Assembly (NCBI GenBank): GCA_013265495.1
Contig: MU057578.1
Span: 19,114 to 54,657 of the forward strand
Source of the DNA: Vicugna vicugna
Taxonomy: Eukaryota
DNA length: 35,544 bases
Direction of reading: 5' to 3'
Shown: positions 1 through 11,854 of the stretch, piece after piece
How positions within the stretch are numbered: position 1 is the first letter of the stretch
Layout of the letters: each line of letters starts with the position of its first letter
Notes under the pieces: model-generated
Told to the model about the DNA's origin: nothing
What the model saw: the letters and a program-made list of their open reading frames with translations, nothing else
Database searches by the model: none
Position numbers and translations under genes: made by a program

Positions 1-580
1 TTCTCCAGTATTGTGCTGATTTGATTACTGTTTTTGTAATATAGTCTGTGATCTGGGAGGGTTAGGGGTTATGACTCAAACTTTGTTCTTTTTCCTCATT
101 GTTCCTTTTGCAGTTCTGGTGCTTTTGCAGTCCATACAAATCTTAGGACTGATTTAATTTCTATGGAAAATACCATGTAGTTCAATCTGAACCACTTTAT
201 ATCTGTAGACATCTTTTGTAGTATGTATATTTTAACAATATTAATTCCTCTAAACTAAGACCTTGAGATTACTTTCCATTTCTTTGCATCATCTTCAAAT
301 TTTTTATCAGTCTCCTATTGATATTATTATCTTGGATTTTTCATTAGTTTTTCATTTTTGATCTGATATCATATGGATTTTTTAAAATTATGGAATATTT
401 CATTGTTAGTGTAAAGAAATGTAACAGTTTTTGTATATTAATCATGAATCATGCTGCTTTGCTAAATGTCTTTTTTAGTTTTAGTTGTTCTGGTGTGGAG
501 AATCTTTAGTGTTCTCTATATAGATTATCATGTCATCTAAAATAATAACAGATTTACTTCATTCAATCCAACTTGAATAA

Positions 581-862
581 GTTATTTTCTTGTCTGATTG
601 TTGTTGCTAGGACTTCCCATACTGTGTTTAATAGAAATGATGAGAGGGGGCATCCTTTCCTTATTCCTTAATTTGACTTTCAGTTATTCACTTTTGCATA
701 TTATGTTGTCTGTGTGTCAGTGTTATTTTCTTGTCTGATTGTTGTTGCTAGGACTTCCCATACTGTGTTTAATAGAAATGATGAGAGGGGGCATCCTTTC
801 CTTATTCCTTAATTTGACTTTCAGTTATTCACTTTTGCATATTATGTTGTCTGTGTGTCAGT
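581..862. repeat. Perfect 141-bp direct tandem duplication (581-721 / 722-862)
   Basis: Both units run 'gttattttcttgtctgattg...ttgtctgtgtgtcagt' and are identical by eye. Confidence 0.95.
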
Positions 863-920
863 TATTAAAGACTTTATTTATGTTGAGATATATTCCCTGA
901 ATCCTAATTTGGTAAGAGGT

Positions 921-975
921 TTCTGTTGTTGGTTTTTCTGCTTTATTTTTGTTGCTGTTGTTGCTGCTATTGTAA
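921..975. repeat. Degenerate (GTT/GCT)n microsatellite
   Basis: 'ttgttgctgttgttgctgct'; an equivalent, purer tract sits at 34757-34805 in the paralogous segment. Confidence 0.7.
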
Positions 976-1858
976 TGAATAAAAGTTGAATTTTCTGAAA
1001 TGTTTTTATGGATTTATTGGGATGATCACGTCATTTTCCCTTTTACTTTTGTTAATGTGGTGTATCAAACTGATTGATTTCATGTATTTTCCACCACTGT
1101 TATGTCCCTGCAATGAATTAAATTTGATCATAGCGTATAATTCATTTTAAGTATTGCTGGATTTAGTTTGCTAATGATAATTTTTAGAATTTTTCCATCT
1201 TTGTCAATCAAAGATTTTGGCTTGAAATTCTCTTTGCTTCTACTTTGTTGGCTTTGCTATCAGGGTGATAAAATCTTCATAGAATTAATTTGGGATTTTC
1301 CAACATCTTCACTATTTTTGAATAGTTTGAAGAGTATAAGTTCTGCTTTGTGTTTTTTTACAGTTTTCCAAGGGAGCTTTTTAAATCAGCACTAACGTTT
1401 AAAGATTTTTTATAATGCAGATTTTTTCTTTCTTCTAGTAGAGAGTTTGTTCAAATTATTTGTTTCTCCTTATCCCTTTCTCTTTCTAGACATTTGTTTG
1501 TTTCTTCTAAGTTGTTCAGTTTATTGGCATGTAAGTATAGACATAATGATCACATTTTATTTATTTTTAATCCTTTTACAAGGTTTCCTCAAATTCAAAT
1601 TTAGAGCACAATTTTTTAGTTACAATGATCATATATACATTTGTTATCCCATTTTTTCCCCTGTGAGCTGCTGTAAGATTGTTTATATAATTCCCTGTGC
1701 TATTCAGTACAATCCTGTTTATCTATTCTACAGTTTTGACCCCCCAGCCTATCTCTTCCCACACCCCACCCACTTGGCAACCAAAATTTTGTATTCTCTG
1801 CCTGCGAGTCTTTCTCTGTTTTGTATTTATGCATTTTTTGTTTGGTTTGGTTTGGTTT

Positions 1859-4800
1859 TTAGATTCCACACATGAGCCTTCTCATATGGTATTTTTCTTT
1901 CTCTTTCTCTCTTACTTCACTTAAACTGATTTTCTCCAGGGGCACCCATGTTCCTGAAAATGGCATTATGTTCTCAGTTTATAAGATTGACTACTAATCC
2001 ATTTAATAAATATACCACCTCTTCTTTATCTAGTCAACTGTCAATGGACATTTAGGTTGTTTCCATGTCTTGGCTATTGTACATACTGCTGGCTATGATC
2101 ATTGGTGTGCAGGTGCCATCCTGAAGTAGGATTTATGCCCAGGAGAGGGATTCCTGGGTCATATGATAAGTCTATTCCTTGGCTTTTGAGGAATCTCCAT
2201 CCTGTTTTCCACAGTGGCTGCACCAAACTGCATTGCCACCAGCAGTGAAGGATGGTTCCCTTTACTCCACAGCCTCTCCAGCATTTGTCATTTGTGGATT
2301 TTTGAATGATGGCCATTCTGACTGGTGTGAAGTGATATCTCATTGCAGTTTTGATTTGCATTTCTCTGATAATCAGTGATATTGAGCATTTTCTTTTTTG
2401 CCTTTTGATCATTTGTATGTCTTCCTTGGAGAATTGCTTAATTAGGTCTTCTGCCCAATTTTGCATTGGGTTGTTTATTTTTTCTTATTCTTTGGATGAT
2501 CTGCTTACATACTCTGGAGATCAAGCTTTTGACGGTTTCAAATGCATATTTTTTCCCATTCCGTATGTTGTCTTGTTCTTTTACTTCCGGCGTCTTTACT
2601 TAGCAGAAGCTTGTAAGTTTCATTATGTCTCATTTGTTTATTCTTGCTTTTATTTCTTCTACGAGAAAATATTTGAGACGTATGTCAGATAACATTTTGT
2701 CTATATTTTCCTCTTGGAGGTTTATTGTATCTTGTCTTATGTTTAAGTCTTTGATCCATTCTGAGTTTATTTTTGTGTATGTTGTTCTAGCTTCATTAGG
2801 AATATTCTAGCTGCATTGAATTACATGCTACTGTCCAGTTTTCCAAACACCAGTTGCTGAAGAGACTATCTCTTTTCCATTGTAATTTCTTGCCTCCTTT
2901 TATCGAAGATTAATTGACCAAACGTTTTGGGGTTAATTTCTAGGCTCCCTATGCTGTGCTATTGGCCTATATGAATGTTTGTCTATCAATAAAGTGCTGT
3001 CATGTTGAATTTAGCTCTATAGTATTATCTGAATCATTAGCGTAAAAAAATTCCACTGATATTTGTACCTTAATTTGGTAACCTGCTACCTTGCTGAATT
3101 CTTTGATCAGCTGTAGAAAATTCATTGTGGATCTTGTAGGGTTTTCTATAAACAGTAACATATTACCTGCATATAGTTACACTTTTATCTCTTCCTTTCC
3201 AATTTACATCCCTTTTACTTCTCTCTCTTGCTTGATTGCTGTGGCTAGGACTTCCAAGACTATCTTGAGTAGGAGTTGTGTTAGTGTGCATCCTTTTACT
3301 GTCCCAGATTTTAGTAGGAAGAATTTGACTTTCTCATCTTTGAGTACTATGGTGTCTGTAGGTTTGTTATCTATTGCTTTCATGATGCTGAAATCCCTCT
3401 ATGCCCACATTGGTGAGAGTTCTTATTATACGTGGGTGTTGATTTTTATCAAATGCTTTTCCTGCATCTATTGAGATGATCATGTGGTTTTGGTTCTTTC
3501 ACTTGTTGATGTGCTGTTTTACATTGATTAATTTGCATAAGTTGAGCCACCCCTGTGTCACTGGCATGATCCCCACTTTGTCATGATATATAATGTTTTT
3601 TCTGTGTTGTTGGATTCTATTTGTTACTATTTTGGTGAGGATTTTGGCGTCTGGGTTCATCAGTGATATTGGCCTATAATCCTCTTTTTTGGTAGTGTCT
3701 TTGCCTGGTTGTGGTATCAGGGTGATTGTGGCTTCATAGAATGTCTTTGGGAGTATTCCTTCTTTTCAATATTCTGAAAGAGTTTAAGAAGGCCTGGTAT
3801 GAGTTCTTCTGTGTTTGTTTGGTAGAATTCTGCTGTGTATCCATCCAAACCTGGACTGTTATTTGTAGGAAGGTTTCATATTGCTATTTTGATTTCATTT
3901 CTAGTGCTCTGTTTCTTCAAGTGGTCAGTTCTTTCTTGGTTCAATCTTGGTGGACAGTATGTTTCCAGAAACTTGTCCATCTCTTCCAGGTTACACAATT
4001 TGTATCCAAATATTCTTCTTAATATTCTCGTATGATATTCTGTATTTCTATTATTTTGTTGTAATTTCTCCATTCTCCTTTCTTATTTTGCTAATTTGTG
4101 CTCTCTCTCTTTTCTTCTTATTTAGTTTGGCCAGAGGCTTTTCGATTTTACTTACTTTTTGGAAAAACTAGATTTTGGATTGGTTAACTTTTTTCCTAAG
4201 TTCTTTTTAATCTCAATTTTATTTATTTCCTCCCCAATATTTATGATTTCCTTCCTTCCACTGCCTTTTGGGATTTTTTGGTCTTGTTTCTCTAGTTCAT
4301 TCTCCTGGTGGGTTAAATTGTTTATTTGTCATTGTTCTTCTTTTTTGAGGAACGCCTGTATCGCTATAAACTCCCCTCTAAGGACTGGTTTTGCTGTGTC
4401 CCATAAGTTTTGTGGTGTTTTGTTTTAATTTTCTTTTGTCTCAAGGTACGTTTTCATTTCAGCTTTGATTTCTCATTGACCAATTGGTTTTTTAATAACA
4501 TATAGTTTAATCCCCATGTTTTCCATTGTTTCTCTGTTTTTGATTTCAAGCTTCATGGCATTGTGGTCAGTAAAGATGCTTGAGGTAATTTCTATCATCT
4601 TAAAATTGCTGAGGTTTCTTTTGTGACCAAGTACATCATGAATCCTGGAAAATGTCTCACGTGCACTTGAAAAGAATGTACATCCTATTTTGGGGGGTTA
4701 CAATGCTCTGAAAATATCCACCAAGTGTAGTATTTCTATCGTATTATTTAATTTTTCTGTTGCCTAATATTTTTGTGTCTCAATGATCTGTCCAGTGATG

Positions 4801-5125
4801 TTAATACATTGTTGAAATCTACAAACATGATTCCCCCTTTATATCAGTTAGTATTTATTTTATGTACTTAGGTGCTCCTGTATTTGTTGCATATGTATTA
4901 AAGAGTGTGTTATCCTCATATTGTATCACTCCTTCAATCATTATAAAATGTCCTTCTTTATCTTTATGGCCTTTGTTTTAAAGAGTATTTTGTCTGAAAT
5001 CAGTAACACAACACCTGTTTTTCCTTTTCCAATTGTATGAAATACTCTTTACCATCCTTTCACTCTCAATCTATATGTGTCCTTCTCTCTGAAGTGGGTC
5101 TTTTGTGTGCAGAATATTGAAGGTA
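1859..5125 (-). pseudogene. L1 ORF2p remnant (endonuclease / reverse transcriptase / Cys-rich), disrupted
   Basis: ORF 3876-4073 (KLCNLEEMDKFLETYCPPRLNQE) and ORF 2074-2466 ([25 protein letters not shown]...[32 protein letters not shown]) are ORF2p segments. The RT YADD motif reads YAGN at ~3160-3175. There are apparent internal deletions at ~3037 and at the ORF2 start (~5125). Confidence 0.92.
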
Positions 5126-5324
5126 TTTTATGTCCATCAGACTATTAATATAACTGCATTTTTTAAAGTGATAGAAACATGATCTCACACCCATCCTACC
5201 GAGAACAAAAAATTTTTAAATGAAAGACCAAAAAAAAAAAATTCTCTATTTCCCTGCCTCCCTCTCCCATTCTCAATTATTTGTATGTCTTGTTTTAAAA
5301 TTTTGTGTTTATTTTATTTGTAAT

Positions 5325-6158
5325 TCATGAGTTATCACCTTTCCAGCTGTGAGTTTCACATTTCTGTAGTATCCTGCTGCTTNNNNNNNNNNNNNNNNNN
5401 NNNNNNNNNNNNNNNNNNNNNNNNNNNNNNNNNNNNNNNNNNNNNNNNNNNNNNNNNNNNNNNNNNNNNNNNNNNNNNNNNNNNNNGCTGGTATCCGGGA
5501 TTCTCTTGTAACTCACAATTTACTATTCTCTTGTTGTCTTTAGGATAATTTCTTTTTCCTTGACTCTGACCATCTTAATTATATATCTTAGTGTGGGTGT
5601 ATTTCTTTTCTGCTTGTTTGGGACACTCTGAGCTTCCTGAACTTGGATATCTGATTCCTTATTTAAGTTTTGGAAGTTCTCAGTCATGATTTCTACAAAA
5701 ACCTTTGCAATCCCCTTTGGTCATTCTTCCCCTTCTGGGACTTCTATCATGCCAAGATTGTCATGCTTTCTATTATCCCATAGGTCCCTTATGCTTTTTT
5801 CATTTGTTTCTCATTGTTTCTCTTGTAGCTCTTCTGATTGGGAGCTTTCTATTTCCCTGTCTTCTAAGTCACTAATTCATTTCTCTGCGTTATCTAGTCA
5901 GCTTTTCTACACCTTTAAATCATTCCTCATCTCAGTCAACGTGTTTACCTATTCTACTCGACACTTCCTTATAGCTTCAATTTCATTGTTGACATATTTT
6001 GTATCTCTAAGCACTATCTCTTTAATTTCCTTCTGTAATTTGATCACTCCATTTTTGAAATCTTGATCTAGTTGGATATCGATGTCTATTTCACTGATCG
6101 TTCTTTCAGGGGATTTCTCTTTTTCGTTTAATTGGGGACGGTTTCTCTGCTTCTTCAA
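5325..6158 (-). pseudogene. L1 ORF1p remnant
   Basis: ORF 5949-6158 (KKQRNRPQLNEKEKSPE...LDQDFKNGVIKLQKEIKE) is a Laurasiatherian-type ORF1p N-terminus. The start codon is TTG rather than ATG; there are stops and an N-gap (5383-5486). Confidence 0.85.
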
Positions 6159-6159
6159 C

Positions 6160-7767
6160 TTTCTACTACCTCTCTGACACTGTGGTTTATGGAGTATCAG
6201 TTATCTAATTTGGACCTAAAGAGTTTATCTACCTAAAGCCTATGTAGTTATACAACTTTGAAAAGAGAAAAAAGAGAGAGAGAGTTAAAGAATTTTAAAG
6301 ATGAGAGAAATAAAGGTTTGAAGACATTGTTGAATGAATAATAGAAAAGGAATTTGAAGCAGTGTTTTGAAAAATATTAATAATAAAAATATTTTTAAAA
6401 ATTTCAAAGGGATTAAAATGGGGCTATACATAATTCAATAAGAAGTAAAAATTAAGAGGGTAATAAAAATGGAACAGGTAAAAACACATTAATACAAGGG
6501 TGTGGTCATTGTCCTCCTGGAGACTGTGTACTTTTAATGTGAATTCTTTCTTTATTCATCCTGATTTGGAAGCTCAGCTTGTTGTTTCCAGAGGTCCTCC
6601 ACTGGAGCCCTCATCTGTGCTGCTCCCAGGGCATGTCGGCAAACAGATCGCTCCTACACCCTACACTGGGTATGATGAAGCTCTCTTCTCTATGGGCTGG
6701 CTTGACAATTCCCTGACCGATGCTACAGTCAGATGTTGCAGAATGACCAGGCATGATTGGGCATCATGCCCTCTCTGAGCACCACCGTAAGGGGCTGTAT
6801 TCTAGCCCAAAATTTGAGGGGCCACCCGTCCTCTCAGGTTGCTGATCACTCTGCTGCTCTGTGCCACTGTACGCTCTGCCACAGGTTTGCACACCGGAAG
6901 TGGGCTCAGGAAAGACTGAGGAACAGCCCTGTCCCTGGTCTGGGCCAAAATCCAGCTCCTTGTTTGTCTTGTCAGACAAGTTCTCTGAGGAACCAGACAG
7001 TAGGATCCTATATGCCTCAGGATTTAGACAAGTCTCGGTCTGACCCTTGAGGCTGCTAAGTCCTTAGGTGTAGATGCAGGTATTTTCCACACTGCCACAT
7101 TGGTGTAAAGCACCAGAGGGTATGGTGGCTGTGTCTGAGCCCCAGCTCTCTTCACCTAGAAACTCTTGTGGATTTTCAGAGATGGGTAATGCACCCTTCC
7201 ACCCACAGGGCACATCTGCCCTGTTGTTTTATGGAGGGCCCAGGCTGTTCTGCCCTGTCCACTCACAGCCATGACACAATGCCAAATCCATTCCCCTGGG
7301 TAGCCACAGTGCAGCCATCCCCCTCTACCACCCAGCTCGGGCAGCATGGCCCTGCCCCCTGCTTCTGGGCTGCATCTTCAGCTGAGTGTCACAGGGATAC
7401 TCTGTGCCTGTTTAACTTAGTTCTGTCAGTCAACTTATACTATGTACATGTCCAAGCCTTGGAGGCTCCCCCTTCTTCTTGCCAATCACACAGCTGGAGA
7501 GGGGAGACACAGTGAATGAGCACCAGTCCTTCTTTGCTGCTCCCTCCCTGTTGGAACTGTCCCATTCTGTTTTGCCTTTTCTTCTTTCTTTCTTCGTTTT
7601 CTCCTACCAGATTTTTCACATCTTTATCTATTGAAGAGTACAATATACTGTCATAGAACTGCAGTTTCTCTGGTTAGCTGAGTCGGTCTTTGTATGAGGG
7701 TCTGGTGCATTTGCGGAAAAGTGTGAGCTAGGAGCATCTTTCTACTCCACCATCTTTGCCTCCCCCC
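6160..7767 (-). promoter_or_regulatory. L1 5' UTR / internal promoter, CpG-decayed
   Basis: GC-richer than the rest of the window over ~6500-7767, with few CpG but many TG/CA. A low-complexity tract (6250-6500) precedes ORF1. Confidence 0.75.
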
Positions 7768-10700
7768 AAAAGTCTCATTATATGGTGGAAGATAAACATA
7801 GTCTGGAAATAAATGGAAAAGATATTCCATGGAATTGACAAGAAAGTGCAGATTGCAATGCTTAACTCATACAAAATACGTTTTAATATAGGGGCCAAAA
7901 TAAAACAAATATGCGATTATATAAAGAAAAAGGGATCAATAAAAAAAGGGTATTACACTCATTAAATTATATATGGACCCAACACCATAGATCCTAATTA
8001 TAAAATGTAATTTTTTGTAGACATGAAGAAATTAATTAATTATAAATCAATAATAGTAGATGAGATGAACACCTCACTATTCAGATGAGATGATCACTAT
8101 TCTGATAGCCAGATGACCCAGAAAGTATATCTGTAAGAAAACAGAGATCTTAATAGCATATTAGATCATTTGAACCTAAGTGAGCTATTGGACACTGCAT
8201 CAGAAAAGCAAAACACATAAATTTTCAAGTGTGCACAGGATGTAATCTAAGGAATTAACCACACATTGTCATGAAATGAGCCTCAGGAACTTTAAGCAAA
8301 TATAGATTACAGCAAGTATTTTTCCATACACAAAGTAAGAAACTGTGCATCAACTCTAGAAAGAAGAATAGGAAAAGCACAAACATGAGGTCAAACCACA
8401 TCCTTTAAAAAATAAAATAAAACAAGTTCAATGATGAAATCAAAGAGGTAATAAAATAATACGTGGAGAGAAATTACAATGAAAACACAGCTTCATAAAA
8501 CTTATGGAATACAGCAAATACAAATCTAAGAGGGAAGTTGAGAACAAATCATGACTTCTACAAGGAACAGGAAAAACCTCATAGAAAGGACCAAGCATAC
8601 CACCCAAAATAACAAGAAATAAGAACAAACAAAATCCAAAGGCAGTAGAATGAAAAATCTTTAATAATTATGTTGAAAATAAATAAAATAATAGTTGAAA
8701 AATAAATTACAAATCATAAAATCAACACCTTTAAATTTTTTAAAAAATATTAACAAACATGTAAACATTTAGCCAGGCTTATTAAGAAATACAGAGACTG
8801 GACACAAATAAAATAAGAAATTAAATAGAAGAAATAATATCAGATATTACAGAAATACAAATAAAGATTATGAAAGCACAATGAGCTGTTACGTCACAAC
8901 TAACTGGATGACTTAAAAAAAAGGACAAATTTCTTGAAAAGTACAGCCTGCCAACACTGAATAAAGAGAAATCTGAGAACTTGAATTGAACAATTCATAT
9001 TAATTAACTAAAATGTATAATTTTAAGAACACCCTTTGAATAAAATATCTGGATGCCTTCACTAAAATATTTTTACCCCAACTATTTTAAAAAATAAAGG
9101 AGGAAGGAAAATTCCCAAAGTCATACTATGAAGCCACCATTACCCTGATAATAAAACCAGTCAAAGACACTACCAAAAAAAATGGAAATGGAAATCCTAT
9201 GTCATTGTTGAATGATGATATACATTCAAAAATCCTCGAAAAACATCAACAAATGAATCCAGCAATAGTTAGAAAGTTTTATACATGATGATCATTTGGA
9301 TTAATTCCTGAGTCACAAGGATGGTTCAACATACACAAGTCAATCAGCATGACACATAACTAATAAAGGAAGGACAAATTACACAAGAACATGTCAATAC
9401 ACAAATTATAAGCATTTGACAAAATTCAACATGCATTCATCATCAGAATTCTCATGAAAGTGAGTACAATGGGAACATCTCTCAACATACTAAAGGCCAT
9501 TTATAACAATTTATAATACTCAGGGGAAAGGCTGAAAGCCTTCAGGGTAAATTCATGAACAAGACAAGGATTCCTACCCTCACCACTTCACTTCAATAGT
9601 AATAGAAGAAAGGAAAAGGAAAAGAAAAAGAAGAAAAAGAAATGCAAAATGGACAGAAAGAGGCAAAATTGTCACCAGTACTGATGGCATAACAATCTAC
9701 ATAGAGAGTACTAAGAGCTCTACACTATTATGAACAATAAATAATTTCATCAAGGGAGCAGGGTACAAGATTAACGTAAAGAAGTCTCTTGCATTTCTAT
9801 GCATTAATCATGAGATATGATAAAATGGACAATGAAAGCAATAAAATTTATTACCCCAAAACCCAGAATATATTGGAATGAAAGTAACCACATATGTGAA
9901 AGATCTACACACTGAAAATTATAAAACATTGACAAAGAAATTAAAAATGATTCAAAGAAACGGAAAGATGTCTTGTGGTCTTGGATTGAAAGAGTTCATA
10001 TTGTTAACATGGCTGTACTATGAAAAGAAACCTACAGATTTAGTGCGAGTACTGCTACGAAGCTGTAGTATTTTCCACAGAACCAGAAAATTAACAAATC
10101 TAAGTTTTACATGAAACCATTAAAAATTGCCAAAATGATCTTGAGAAAAAACAACAAATCTGGAGGTATAACCCTCCCAGATACCATACTATACTACAAT
10201 CCTACAGTGATAAAATCAGTATGGCATTGGAACAGAGATACAATTAATAAAAACAGATAGAGAGCATAGAAATAATTCCACAAACCTATGAGCAATGAAT
10301 CTATGATAAAAGAGTCAAGAGTACACAATGTAAAAAGGACAGTCACGTCAATGGATGGTGTGGGGAAAGCTGGACATCTACATTTAAAACAGTGAAATGA
10401 GAGCATTTCCTGACATCATATACAAAAATAAACTCCAAGTTTATTAAGGACCTAAATGTAAGACCTGATACTATAAAACTGCTAGAAGGGAATATAGGTG
10501 ATACACTATTGGATATATATCAAAGGAATATTTTCTTATATCAGTCTTCTAAGGCAAAAGAAATAAAAGCAAAAATTAGCAAGTGGGACCTAAATAAACT
10601 TGAAAATTTCTGCAAAGCTTAGGACATAATCAATGAAATGAAAAGACTGCCTGTATAAATGGAGAACATAATTGAAAACAATGCAAGTTACCAGGGGTTA

Positions 10701-11854
10701 ATAGATATAGGTTAATATTTGTAACATGGATTTAGGTTAAACAACTCAAGGTGAAAAACAAAAACCCAACCAAAAACAAGAGCAAAGTACCTGAGTTAGT
10801 ATTTTTCTGAAGAAAACATACAGATGAGTAACACGCAAGTGATAAAATTGCTCAACATTACTAATTATTAGGTAATTGCAAATCAAAACCACAATGAGCT
10901 ATCACTTCACACTGGTCAAACAGCTATTATGAAAAAGTCTACAAATAGAAACTGTTGGAGGCGATGTGGAGGTAAGAAATCTCTTGTATACTCTTGGTAG
11001 GAACGTAAATTGATACAACTTCTAAGGAAAAGAGTATTCAGATTTGTTTAAAAACTAAAAAGTCAACTACCATATGACCCAGTAATTCCTCTCCTAGGAA
11101 AAATCTGTGGAAAAAAACCCTAAATTGAGAAGAACCAACGTTCACAAAAGCACTGTTTATAATATGCAAGAAATGGAAGCAATCCAAGAGTCCACAGTAG
11201 ACTATGGACTTATGAAGATATGATGTTTCAATAAATATGCAATGGAATAATACTCAGCCATGAAAATGAATAACACATTGCTAGTTCAGCATCCTGAATA
11301 GATCTAGTAAATAAAATGCATAGTGAAGAAACTTAGACAAAGACAAATGTATACAATGTAATTTATATGTAGAATCTAAAGAATAACAAATATCTTTGTA
11401 TATCTCTCTATAGCTATCTATTGATAGATGATAAATAGAAGGATAATACATAATAGAGAGATAAAAAGATAGATAGATAGATAGTTATATAGATAGATAG
11501 ATACATAGATAGATAGAGAGATAGTGACATGTTGGAGATGTAAATAGATTAGTTAGACAAGACTTAAGCAGACTCAAAATTATGGGAAAAAATTTATGTT
11601 TACCAAAGTGGAAGGGAAAGAGATTTTAGTGGTAGAATATTGACAGATAGAAAGTAGTATACATAAAGGAGAGAAGCAACAAGGATAATCTGTATAGATC
11701 ATGGAACTATACACAATTGCTTTAAATAATTGTATGTTAAAATTATTGTAATATTTTATAATGCAATGTAATCTACAAAGTGATTAGAATAATTATGCTG
11801 TACATCTAAAACTACACAATATAGTACATCTACTGTACTTCAATTAAAAATAAA
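7768..11854 (+). mobile_element. 5'-truncated older LINE-1 (ORF2 from endonuclease region to 3' end)
   Basis: Begins in EN-like sequence ('atggaaaagatattccatg'). ORF 9878-10114 (YVKDLHTENYKTL) is ORF2p. Ends 'ctgtacttcaattaaaaataaaa'. Confidence 0.9.
11400..11555. repeat. (TAGA)n microsatellite inside the L1 3' UTR
   Basis: Interrupted runs of gata/taga, purest at ~11468-11520. Confidence 0.9.

Larger units (their letters stand above)
1..1550 (-). mobile_element. Old LINE-1 ORF2 fragment (RT region), heavily decayed
   Basis: Reverse complement matches typical L1 ORF2 stretches (plus-strand 'gttgctaggacttcccatactgtgtttaatagaaatgatgagagggggcatcct', 'tttgttaatgtggtgtatca'); no long ORF; runs off the left edge. 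Confidence 0.9.
1555..7767 (-). mobile_element. Near full-length LINE-1 (5' UTR, ORF1, spacer, ORF2, 3' UTR), inactive, lineage-specific subfamily
   Basis: Minus strand starts GGGGGGAGGCAAAGATGGTGGAGTAGA at 7767, an L1 5' terminus with a YY1-type AAGATGG core. ORF1 and ORF2 remnants follow in order, then a 3' UTR and a degenerate T-rich tail at ~1555-1570. Confidence 0.93.

Noticed and set aside
1168..6066. Many hydrophobic F/L/I-rich plus-strand ORFs resembling membrane proteins
   Set aside because: They are antisense readings of A-rich L1 sequence; the same applies to minus-strand ORFs over 25324-28371 and plus-strand ORFs over 32938-35500.
6500..7643. Cluster of ORFs in the GC-rich stretch (possible ORF0-like product)
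   Set aside because: They lie in the L1 5' UTR, where higher GC lengthens chance ORFs. There is no recognisable homology, and ORF0 is described for primate L1.
1544..7781. Loose inverted similarity between L1 flanks (ataatgatcacatttt vs reverse complement of aaaagtctcattat)
   Set aside because: Short, imperfect and AT-rich; TSDs are direct repeats, and the right flank is explained by L1 EN sequence.
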